Assembly (NCBI GenBank): GCA_050010535.1
Contig: JBEKKT010000004.1
Coordinates: forward strand, 46-64,045
Length of the DNA: 64,000 bases
Reading direction: 5' to 3'
Source of the DNA: Methanomassiliicoccales archaeon
GTDB taxonomy: Archaea; Thermoplasmatota; Thermoplasmata; Methanomassiliicoccales; JACIVX01
Shown piece after piece: positions 54,574 through 62,084 of this stretch (positions within the stretch are counted from its first letter, which is position 1; the number at the start of each line of letters is the position of its first letter). The notes beneath the pieces were generated by a model. It was not told the DNA's origin, ran no database searches, and was given only the letters and a program-made list of their open reading frames with translations. The translations under genes and the position numbers were made by a program.

Positions 54574-54942
54574 TTGACGGACGAGTATGCTGTCAAGATT
54601 CTAGTCGCGACGGTGAGAGTCTCACGCTCCGCCCAGGAGATTTCCGAGAAGTTCGGGATCCCTATCGCAGCGTGCTACAGGAGGATAAGGGACCTGCAGA
54701 AGGTGGGGCTCGTAGAATGCAAGGAGAGGAGGCTTTCCCAGGAGGGCAAAAGGGTCTCGTTCTACTTGTCCACGGTGAAGAACGCCTATGTCTTCTTCGA
54801 GGGCGGCCGACTGAGGGTCAAGTTCGAGCTGAAGACTGGCGGGGCGGATCAGTACGGTGACCAGTGGCACGACATTGAGCTCGATTCCGACAAGCAGCGA
54901 AAGAAGGAGGATAAGTATGAAGGGGACGATTCCGCTCCGTGA
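54574..54942 (+). CDS. ArsR-like winged-helix transcription regulator (paralog 2); 5' end uncertain
   Basis: DEYAVKILVATVRVSRSAQEISEKFGIPIAACYRRIRDLQKVGLVECK..GKRVSFY. The first canonical start is TTG 54574. The frame is open from 54505, and GGAGGA (54534-39) sits 7 nt before an in-frame ATC (54547). Confidence 0.6.
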   Translation: MTDEYAVKILVATVRVSRSAQEISEKFGIPIAACYRRIRDLQKVGLVECKERRLSQEGKRVSFYLSTVKNAYVFFEGGRLRVKFELKTGGADQYGDQWHDIELDSDKQRKKEDKYEGDDSAP

Positions 54943-55055
54943 TTGCACGTTCTGGACAGCCCTCATCTTTCTTTGGATGTCGAAAAGATTATAAATTGAA
55001 GTCAGTATGTCCATCTCGTTTCAATTGCGTGCGCTGAATGGCTGAGTGTGTTTGA

Positions 55056-55925
55056 ATGACGGAACTCTTGGAGGAGCTTGAACAGAAACGACAAGTCTGT
55101 AACAATGAGGCGGAAAAACACCGGAATCTCCGAGATGAGCTTAACGAGCAGACAAAAGAGTGGGTGATGAAGCGCGACGAGCTTAATTCCAAAGTCAGGG
55201 AGCTAGTTGAAGAGGCCGCGAAGCACAGGGAGACCCGCGACTCTTTGAACGTTCGAGTCAGGGAGGACAAAGAGCAAAGGGACCTCTGGAACCAGAAGGT
55301 CAACGAACTGAACGAGAAGGTTTTGATGCTTAAGAAAGACAACGTCCCCCGGGAGGGGCCTCCGATCGCCAAGCTGAAGAAGGAGCTCAAGGCACTCGAG
55401 TTCAAACAGATGACTTCCGTTCTAACGACAGAGAAGGAGAGGGACATAATCGAGATGCTCTCCGCTCTCCAAGCTCAGATAAAGGAGAGGGAGAAAGCCC
55501 TGGAACAGAACGTCGAAGTCCGCAACGCAATCCGGGAGCTCAGGGAAGCGAAGGACAAAGCCGAGATGCACCACAGGAACGTTGGCGAACTCGCGGAGAA
55601 GGCCCAGGCGGAGCACGATAAGATGATTGAGCTTTACGAACAAGCTGACAGGCTCCGGAAAGAGGCGGACGCGGCTCAAGAGAAGTTCATCGAGACCAAG
55701 CTCAAGGCAGACGAGGAACACAGGAAGCACATCGAAAGCATTCGTCAGGTCCACGACTACGACAAGATAACAACGGGACTGAGACAGAAGGCGCGCCGGG
55801 CGAAGAAGAAGAAGGAAGAGTCGACGGCGATGCAAGAAGCGGAACAGATCTTCGAGAGGTTCAAGAGCGGGGAAAAACTGAGCACTGAAGACATCATGAC
55901 TCTACAGAAGTCTGGCTATCTGTGA
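55056..55925 (+). CDS. Archaeal coiled-coil protein (COG1340-like)
   Basis: 289 aa, almost entirely heptad-like K/E/R/L-rich sequence, with a C-terminal EAEQIFERFKSGEKLSTEDIMTLQKSGYL tail typical of this family as I recall it. Confidence 0.6.
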   Translation: MTELLEELEQKRQVCNNEAEKHRNLRDELNEQTKEWVMKRDELNSKVRELVEEAAKHRETRDSLNVRVREDKEQRDLWNQKVNELNEKVLMLKKDNVPREGPPIAKLKKELKALEFKQMTSVLTTEKERDIIEMLSALQAQIKEREKALEQNVEVRNAIRELREAKDKAEMHHRNVGELAEKAQAEHDKMIELYEQADRLRKEADAAQEKFIETKLKADEEHRKHIESIRQVHDYDKITTGLRQKARRAKKKKEESTAMQEAEQIFERFKSGEKLSTEDIMTLQKSGYL

Positions 55926-56053
55926 TTTCGCTCCCGTTGGGGGTCTGACACCCAACAATTGTATGACCGCGACCAGCGAAACTTGAGGATTTGAAGGCTA
56001 TTTCGTCATAAAATTTATATAGCATCAAGATTATACTTAGAGCGGGAAGTTCT

Positions 56054-56117
56054 GGGCTAGTTGTTAGAGTGCATCCCATCCCTTCTGACAAGGCTAGCCC
56101 TTCCCATCCCTTTTTTT
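56054..56117 (+). ncRNA. Candidate small structured RNA or terminator hairpin carrying the 17-mer GTGCATCCCATCCCTTC (copy B)
   Basis: The TATA-like TTTATATA (56014-21) lies about 35 nt upstream. The GGGCTAG(56054)/CTAGCCC(56094) stem encloses the 17-mer. TCCCATCCCTT is repeated at 56102, followed by T7 (56111-17). Confidence 0.25.
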
Positions 56118-56198
56118 GTTCCTAACAACTGGACGGTAAAGTTTAATAGACTACGTGATACTGTTGGCGGCAGGTGATTTGCGACGGTTCTTGAAGGG

Positions 56199-57524
56199 TT
56201 GGGACGATCTCTACGGGACGTTCTAAAGAAGATCGCCAACGCGGGCCACGTCGACGAGAAGCTCATAAAGGAAGTGACCCGGGACATTCAGAGGGCCCTC
56301 CTTCAAGCTGATGTCAATGTCAAGCTAGTCCTCGACCTCACAAAGGAGGTCGAGCGACGGTCTCTCACTGAGAAGCCTCCTGCCGGGATGAGCTCTAGAG
56401 AACGCGTCATCAAAATCATATACGAGGAGCTGGTGAAGATACTGGGGGAGCAGCGCGCCATCCCCCTCGCACGCCAAACAATCATGATGGTCGGGCTCTA
56501 CGGTCAAGGCAAGACGACGACCGCAGGCAAGCTCGGCAGATACTTCCACAAGAAGGGTCTTAGAGTCGGTCTGATAGCCGCAGACGTTCACAGGCCAGCC
56601 GCGTACGACCAATTGAAGCAGATCGGCGACAAGCTCGGCGTTCCAGTCTATGGATCGAGGGACGCGAAGGACGCAACCAAAATCGTCTCTGAGGGGCTCA
56701 AGAAGTTCGCCGGAGTCGATGTCATCATCATCGACACCTCCGGTAGACATGCTCTCGAGGAGGATCTGATCGAGGAAGTGAGGGAAGTCGCGAAGATCGT
56801 CAAACCTGACGAGAGAATACTCGTACTCGACGCGGCGACCGGTCAGCAGGCCGGCCCTCAGGCGAAGGCATTCCACGATGCGGTTGGGGTGACGAGTGTC
56901 ATACTGACAAAGATGGACGGTACCGCGAAAGGCGGTGGCGCGTTGAGTGCGGTCGCCCAGACAAAGGCGCCAATCGTTTTCATTGGAACCGGAGAGCACC
57001 TCGAGGACTTGGACCCATTCGAACCCCCGAGATTCATATCCCGCCTGCTAGGAATGGGGGACATCCAGTCCTTGCTCGAGCAGGCTCGGGAGTCGCTGAC
57101 CGAGGAAGAGGCGCTCGAGACGACGAAGAAGATCATGGCGGGCCGATTCACGCTCAAGGAGATGTACGACCAGATGGAGATGCTGACGAAGATGGGGCCC
57201 CTCAAGAAGCTGGTCTCGATGCTACCCGGGATGCCCGGGTTGACGGACAAGATAGATGTGGAGGAGTCGCAGCAGAGGCTCTGGAAGTATAGGGTGATTA
57301 TGGACTCGATGACTGAGGCGGAGATGGAAGACCCCCGTGTTATCAAATCGACAAGAATCCTAAGAATAGCTAGGGGTGCCGGAGTCGATCCAAAGGACGT
57401 AAGAGAGCTTCTCCGCCAGTACAACGTTTCGAAGAGGGCGGTGAAGGGGTTCCTCGGCAACAGGAAATTGAGGAGGCAACTGCTCAAGCAGCTGGAGGGA
57501 AGCGGACTGGGGGCGCAGGAGTGA
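56199..57524 (+). CDS. srp54: Signal recognition particle protein SRP54
   Basis: KEVTRDIQRALLQADVNVKLV, GLYGQGKTTTAGKL, IIIDTSGRH, ILTKMDGTAKGGGALS, and a Met-rich M domain. TTG start; see the finding on the upstream ACG. Confidence 0.9.
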   Translation: MGRSLRDVLKKIANAGHVDEKLIKEVTRDIQRALLQADVNVKLVLDLTKEVERRSLTEKPPAGMSSRERVIKIIYEELVKILGEQRAIPLARQTIMMVGLYGQGKTTTAGKLGRYFHKKGLRVGLIAADVHRPAAYDQLKQIGDKLGVPVYGSRDAKDATKIVSEGLKKFAGVDVIIIDTSGRHALEEDLIEEVREVAKIVKPDERILVLDAATGQQAGPQAKAFHDAVGVTSVILTKMDGTAKGGGALSAVAQTKAPIVFIGTGEHLEDLDPFEPPRFISRLLGMGDIQSLLEQARESLTEEEALETTKKIMAGRFTLKEMYDQMEMLTKMGPLKKLVSMLPGMPGLTDKIDVEESQQRLWKYRVIMDSMTEAEMEDPRVIKSTRILRIARGAGVDPKDVRELLRQYNVSKRAVKGFLGNRKLRRQLLKQLEGSGLGAQE

Positions 57525-58108
57525 GGAGATTCATCGTCATCGGTCACAGGGCCACGACCTCTGGCAGCTTCAAGCTCGACGACCTTTGCGGGGGTGCAGG
57601 ACGCCTGGACGTTCTGCTTCGCTGCATCAATTCCGCATTCTTCCTCTCACACGACATAAGAAGGGACGTAGAGATGTATCTCGTCCTGCTGGGGCCGCCG
57701 TCTCCGCCGAAGACCCTGAGGTTCGTCGGGAATGAACTGAAATATCTGAACCCGGACGAGAGGAGCACAGGTGCCCTCGTCAGGAACGCCCTGATGCAGA
57801 AGGTGAGCGGCGAGGAACGGTCTTCGCCCGGAATTTACATCTCGAACCAGTCCTACACCGAGCTCTTCTCGAACATATCCAAGGAGACCAAGGTCATCTA
57901 CCTAAAGGAGGATGGGACCGACATAAGGGACGTGGATCTCCCCGAGGACGTCACGTTCGTCCTGGGCGACGACCAAGACCTGACCCCGGGAGAGGAGAAG
58001 GCCCTGATGGCCTATCAACCCGACAGGTTATGGTTAGGACCGATCAGCTACCACGCCGACCACTGCATCACCATCGTCAACAATGAACTGGATCGCCGGG
58101 TTGTCTGA
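57521..58108 (+). CDS. trmY: tRNA (pseudouridine54-N1)-methyltransferase TrmY (SPOUT, DUF358)
   Basis: RRFIVIGHRATTSGSFKLDDLCGGAGRLDVLLRCINSAFFLSHDIRRDVEMYLVL closely matches my recollection of Mj1640-type TrmY. Confidence 0.75.
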   Translation: MRRFIVIGHRATTSGSFKLDDLCGGAGRLDVLLRCINSAFFLSHDIRRDVEMYLVLLGPPSPPKTLRFVGNELKYLNPDERSTGALVRNALMQKVSGEERSSPGIYISNQSYTELFSNISKETKVIYLKEDGTDIRDVDLPEDVTFVLGDDQDLTPGEEKALMAYQPDRLWLGPISYHADHCITIVNNELDRRVV

Positions 58109-58192
58109 GGATTGGATCGGCTCGAGTCCGGATCGTGTCCTGGGACGAATCTGCAATAACCTTTTAACCGGATATGCCTTATCGGGGAAAGC

Positions 58193-58387
58193 ATGGCAGA
58201 CAGGATACCTCAGCACAAACACTGCCGTCAGTGTGGCAAGGCCTTCATCGGAGACGAGCAATACTGCTCGGCGGAATGTACAAAACAGGGCAAGGACATT
58301 CTGAAGAAGCGTAAGAACCAGCTGATTATCCTATACGTTCTGACAATGTTCATCCTTGTCGTCGCCGTCATAGCGATGGGTATCTGA
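58193..58387 (+). CDS. DUF2116-like Zn-ribbon protein with C-terminal TM helix
   Basis: HKHCRQCGKAFIGDEQYCSAEC followed by LIILYVLTMFILVVAVIAMGI. Confidence 0.5.
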   Translation: MADRIPQHKHCRQCGKAFIGDEQYCSAECTKQGKDILKKRKNQLIILYVLTMFILVVAVIAMGI

Positions 58388-59349
58388 TGAAAGTAGGCGT
58401 GGCCGGTACTTTCAGCATCTTGCACAGAGGACACAGAACCCTTCTGGACAGGGCGTTCCAACTGGGGGACTGGGTCGTCGTTGGCATCACTTCCGACAGT
58501 TTTCCCTCCAAGAAGCGATTCCACGTCCCACTTGAGCAGCGCTTGGAGGCCCTTGAAGATTACCTCTTTTCCCTGGACAAGAAATGGGAGATCGAGATAC
58601 TGCAGGATAGAATGGGAAGCGCAGCGCACGACAAGGAACTGAACTTGCTGGTTGTGTCTCAAGGCACCGTCGAGAATGCCCAGAGGATAAACGAATTCAG
58701 GATCTCGAAGGGACTGAAACCGATGGTCATCGAGGAGATCAAGCACGTCCTCGGAGAGGACTGCGCGACAATCACTTCCACGCGCGTGCTCGAGGGCGAG
58801 ATCGATACTGACGGAAGGCTCCTCCGGCCCCTGCGCGTGAACGTAGGATCCGACAACCCAGTCAAGGTGGAAGCGGTCCGCAGAGTCATGAGTGAGCTGT
58901 ACAGGGAGGTCGAGATAGCTAGCGTTTGCGTTAAGACGACCGTCGGCGAGCAGCCCTGGGGCGAGAACATCCTTACGGGAGCGAGAGAGAGGGCGAGGTC
59001 GGCGATCGGGAAGGCGGACTTCGGCGTCGGGATAGAGGCCGGGATCCTCGAACTGGATGACGGTCTGTATGGCATCCAGTTCTGCGCGATAATCGACAAG
59101 GGAGGGATCGTGACGTCAGGTCAGAGCTCCGGCTTCAGGTATCCGCCGGAAATCGAGAAGAGAATCAGGGCTGGCGTTGCCGTCTCAAAGGCCTTCGACG
59201 ACTTTTGCGGCACGAAGGATATCGGTCATAACGAAGGGGCAATCGGCTTCCTCACGAAAGGAATACTTAACAGACAACAGCTCAGCGAGCAGGCCGTGCA
59301 AGCGGCAATGGTTCCGAGGATAAGGCCTGACATCTACTTAGAGGTATGA
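58387..59349 (+). CDS. Fusion: archaeal phosphopantetheine adenylyltransferase-like cytidylyltransferase + DUF84/YjjX-type non-canonical NTPase
   Basis: The N-half has VGVAGTFSILHRGHRTLLDRAF..VVVGITSD (HxGH nucleotidyltransferase). The C-half has RVNVGSDNPVKVEAV..VGEQPWGENILTGARERA..GVGIEAGI (inosine/xanthosine triphosphatase family). Confidence 0.75.
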   Translation: MKVGVAGTFSILHRGHRTLLDRAFQLGDWVVVGITSDSFPSKKRFHVPLEQRLEALEDYLFSLDKKWEIEILQDRMGSAAHDKELNLLVVSQGTVENAQRINEFRISKGLKPMVIEEIKHVLGEDCATITSTRVLEGEIDTDGRLLRPLRVNVGSDNPVKVEAVRRVMSELYREVEIASVCVKTTVGEQPWGENILTGARERARSAIGKADFGVGIEAGILELDDGLYGIQFCAIIDKGGIVTSGQSSGFRYPPEIEKRIRAGVAVSKAFDDFCGTKDIGHNEGAIGFLTKGILNRQQLSEQAVQAAMVPRIRPDIYLEV

Positions 59350-59567
59350 TATCGCTTCTTCCTTTCATTGACGAAGTTGATGTAATCCTCCAACGTGCCG
59401 CAGTTACCCGGTCCGATGCACTCGAATTTCCTGAATTTCTTGCAGTAGAACCCTCTCTCGTTGAACTCGCAGGGCTCCCGACTGGATCTGCACATCTCCT
59501 TGATGCATCCAAATCCGTGGTATGCACCCTTGCATTTCCCGTCCTTGCTCAGATAAATGCAGTCCAA
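59334..59567 (-). CDS. Cysteine-rich small protein (paralog B)
   Basis: 77 aa with 8 Cys: C-x8-C-x8-C..YCKKFRKFECIGPGNCGTLEDYINF. The TTG start is the codon immediately after the TAG of the upstream paralog. Confidence 0.5.
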   Translation of the reverse strand: MDCIYLSKDGKCKGAYHGFGCIKEMCRSSREPCEFNERGFYCKKFRKFECIGPGNCGTLEDYINFVNERKKRYHTSK

Positions 59568-59924
59568 CTAGGTCCTCCTCTCCACGAACTCCCTGAACCT
59601 CGCGAAGTGCGTCATGTACGATTCCGCCGTCCCGCAGTTCTCGATGCCGGAACAGTAGAAACGCTGATACTTTGCACAATAGAGCCCATGCCATTGCTCC
59701 GAGGAGCAATGTGAGTTCATCTGACAATAGCGCATCGGGGACGACCTGACCAGACAGTTATCCTCTCCGACGCATTCCCGTTCCTCGATCTGTCTGTGCG
59801 CACAATAGGACTGCCTATAGCGATATCTGCACAACGCACCCATCCCTGCCAGTATTGGCGCTCTTATATGCACGTTTCCGGATTTAAATCTAGCGAAGGT
59901 CTTGGATGTTCTCCCACGTGTCAA
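59568..59924 (-). CDS. Cysteine-rich small protein (paralog A)
   Basis: C-x8-C-x8-C..YCAKYQRFYCSGIENCGTAESYMTHF. Alternative start at ATG 59843 (MGALCRYRY..). TAG stop at 59568-59570. Confidence 0.5.
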   Translation of the reverse strand: MTRGRTSKTFARFKSGNVHIRAPILAGMGALCRYRYRQSYCAHRQIEERECVGEDNCLVRSSPMRYCQMNSHCSSEQWHGLYCAKYQRFYCSGIENCGTAESYMTHFARFREFVERRT

Positions 59925-60117
59925 GTATTGGATTTCGAAGCGGTCGCGGTGACCTTAAAGACCGAGATTCAGGGTAGAAAACCTTCGTGAGAGCGAGGAA
60001 CCAGATGATCTCCAGTGCTATGCAAATCGTTGCGGGGATCGCAGCCTCGCTGCCAAAGAATGCGACTGCAAGCGCGGCCGCCATGACGGTGTTCTTGTAC
60101 GTCGCGTAAAGCACCAT
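59890..60117 (-). CDS. Possible small membrane protein
   Basis: MVLYATYKNTVMAAALAVAFFGSEAAIPATICIALEIIWFLALT has two hydrophobic segments. No homology recognised. The longer listed ORF would overlap tRNA-Ser. Confidence 0.25.
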   Translation of the reverse strand: MVLYATYKNTVMAAALAVAFFGSEAAIPATICIALEIIWFLALTKVFYPESRSLRSPRPLRNPILDTWENIQDLR

Positions 60118-60245
60118 TGGGGACTGGCAAAAGAGTCCCAGTATACGAAAATTGCATAAGGCATTCTCGGTATGGTAAGAGATTTTCAATGGATTGATAT
60201 CACGAATTGTGCACGTAGAATCGTTAGAACCAGGAAGGATGAGGG

Positions 60246-60332
60246 CGCCGAGGGGGAGATTCGAACTCCCGTGGTGCGAAGCACCACCGGCTCTCAAGGC
60301 CGGCGCCGTGATCCGGGCTTAGCTACCTCGGC
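60246..60332 (-). tRNA. tRNA-Ser (anticodon UGA), CCA not encoded
   Basis: Acceptor GCCGAGG/CCTCGGC, anticodon stem CCGGC/GCCGG with loop CTTGAGA, long variable arm TGGTGCTTCGCACCAC, T-arm GGGAG-TTCGAAT-CTCCC, discriminator G. Confidence 0.85.
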
Positions 60333-60397
60333 ATTCGCCTCTTGGACGTCCTCAATGATGAGCTATTAATTATTAGAATCTCTGCCCTGAGATCGCT

Positions 60398-62056
60398 TCA
60401 GACTATCCTGTCCAATTTCCCTAACAGAACCTTCTCGAGATATAGCTCGAACGCCACCGCGGGATGTGCCAGTCCGAATCGCGTCATCGTCTCAGGATGC
60501 ACCTCGCCGAAGTACCCAACATTCTCACCGTCGACGACGACAGAGGCGTCCCTGCCCTCCACGAACATTCCCAGTCCCGCCGGGGACAGCTCCCATCTGA
60601 GAGAGCAGTCGCGGAGAAAGCCCTCGACGACCGACTTCATCTCCGTGAAGCTCGCTTTGGAATGAATCGATATCGCTGCCAGGTGCTTCTGCCTCTTCGT
60701 GTCGATGACCACGTCTCCGACTTCGAAAATGCGCTGCGGCAAATCGCGGTGCTTGTTCTTTGTGAGGACGCCGAGCAGGCTAGGGAGAAGATGAACTCTG
60801 AGGCACGTAAGGTCCTCGCTAATGGGATTTAAAATCTCTACGACCTCACGCTCCTTCGTACGCGCGCTGTCGAATTGTTCTCTTTGGCTCGATAGAGTCA
60901 GGGTCGTCACTTCGAAGTAACCGTAGCCCACCATCATCTCCCGAACAAGATTCGCCGCCTTCTCGATCAACCTCTCTCCACCTATCGTTTGGACGGTCGG
61001 GAGCTGAGTGCCGAACTGCTCATATCCGTAGCCCTTGGCCACGTCTTCGATAAGGTCCACCGGATGGAGAATATCCAGCCTCGTCGCCGGCGCCAGGACA
61101 TTTATAATATCGCCGCCGTCGTCATCGCACCCGTAACCCATCTTCCTCAGGCATCTGCACATCTCCCCCCTGTCGAGATCGAGACCGAGAAGCGAGTTGC
61201 ACTCCGCCGGGTTGAGGGACCACTTAGCCGGCTTAAGGTCCGGGGTGATCATCCTCTCATTCCCTTCGACCAGAATCGTCTGGATCCTGGCACCTCTTTC
61301 CGCCAACGCGGTAGAGACGATATTCAATGCCCCGGATATTGCCTGAAGGTCGGTGCCGGTTACGTCTATGAACATGCTCTTCGTGTTCTCCGTCACGGCC
61401 GTCAACTGACCATTGATTATCGGCGGGAACGAGAGTACATCCCCGTTCTTGTCCACGATGATCGGGTATCTCTTCTTCCCTTCAAGAATGAAATTGTAAT
61501 CGACTCCCTTCTCGTGCCTCTCTAGTATCTCCCGGAGGTTCATCAATTCGTCCTTCGCCAGAGGCACGAATGAGACTTCCTCAGGATCGACCGCCTTGTA
61601 GGTGAACGGCGGCACGACCCTGTCCATGTCGTGGATCCCGATGGAGACCTTCGCCCTCTTCCTTCCCAGCGCCAGATGGATCTTCTCCTGCAGTTCCATC
61701 AGAGAGCGGATGAGCGGGTCGCTCATCTCCACGTCCCTGACCACGCCGCCGACCACGTACGGCCTGACGCTCTCCACGCTTAGGTCCCTATAGAGAGTAA
61801 TCCCCGACTCCTCGACAGGATACCTCTTCAGCCCTGGCTCGTATCCGAGGAATGCCCTGAGAGCTCTTGCGACACCTTCGACGCAGTACAAGTCCGGCCT
61901 CTCTGGGAAGAACTCGACCGCGATCTCCTCCTTCTCGGAGTCGTAGTGGTGGAGGTCCGCACCCATCATCGGTATCATTTCCAGAAGAACGTCGACAGGG
62001 ACTTCGCGCCCTATAAGACCGGTGAGGTCCCGATAGCCGAAGGTGATGACTGGCAT
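60398..62056 (-). CDS. pheT: Phenylalanyl-tRNA synthetase beta subunit (archaeal type)
   Basis: 552 aa. MPVITFGYRDLTGLIGREVPVDVLLEMIPMMGADL..PERPDLYCVEGVARALRAF is typical of archaeal/eukaryotic-type PheRS beta. Confidence 0.9.
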   Translation of the reverse strand: MPVITFGYRDLTGLIGREVPVDVLLEMIPMMGADLHHYDSEKEEIAVEFFPERPDLYCVEGVARALRAFLGYEPGLKRYPVEESGITLYRDLSVESVRPYVVGGVVRDVEMSDPLIRSLMELQEKIHLALGRKRAKVSIGIHDMDRVVPPFTYKAVDPEEVSFVPLAKDELMNLREILERHEKGVDYNFILEGKKRYPIIVDKNGDVLSFPPIINGQLTAVTENTKSMFIDVTGTDLQAISGALNIVSTALAERGARIQTILVEGNERMITPDLKPAKWSLNPAECNSLLGLDLDRGEMCRCLRKMGYGCDDDGGDIINVLAPATRLDILHPVDLIEDVAKGYGYEQFGTQLPTVQTIGGERLIEKAANLVREMMVGYGYFEVTTLTLSSQREQFDSARTKEREVVEILNPISEDLTCLRVHLLPSLLGVLTKNKHRDLPQRIFEVGDVVIDTKRQKHLAAISIHSKASFTEMKSVVEGFLRDCSLRWELSPAGLGMFVEGRDASVVVDGENVGYFGEVHPETMTRFGLAHPAVAFELYLEKVLLGKLDRIV

Positions 62057-62084
62057 GTCAGAGTGCGATAGGGGTGAGACTATT

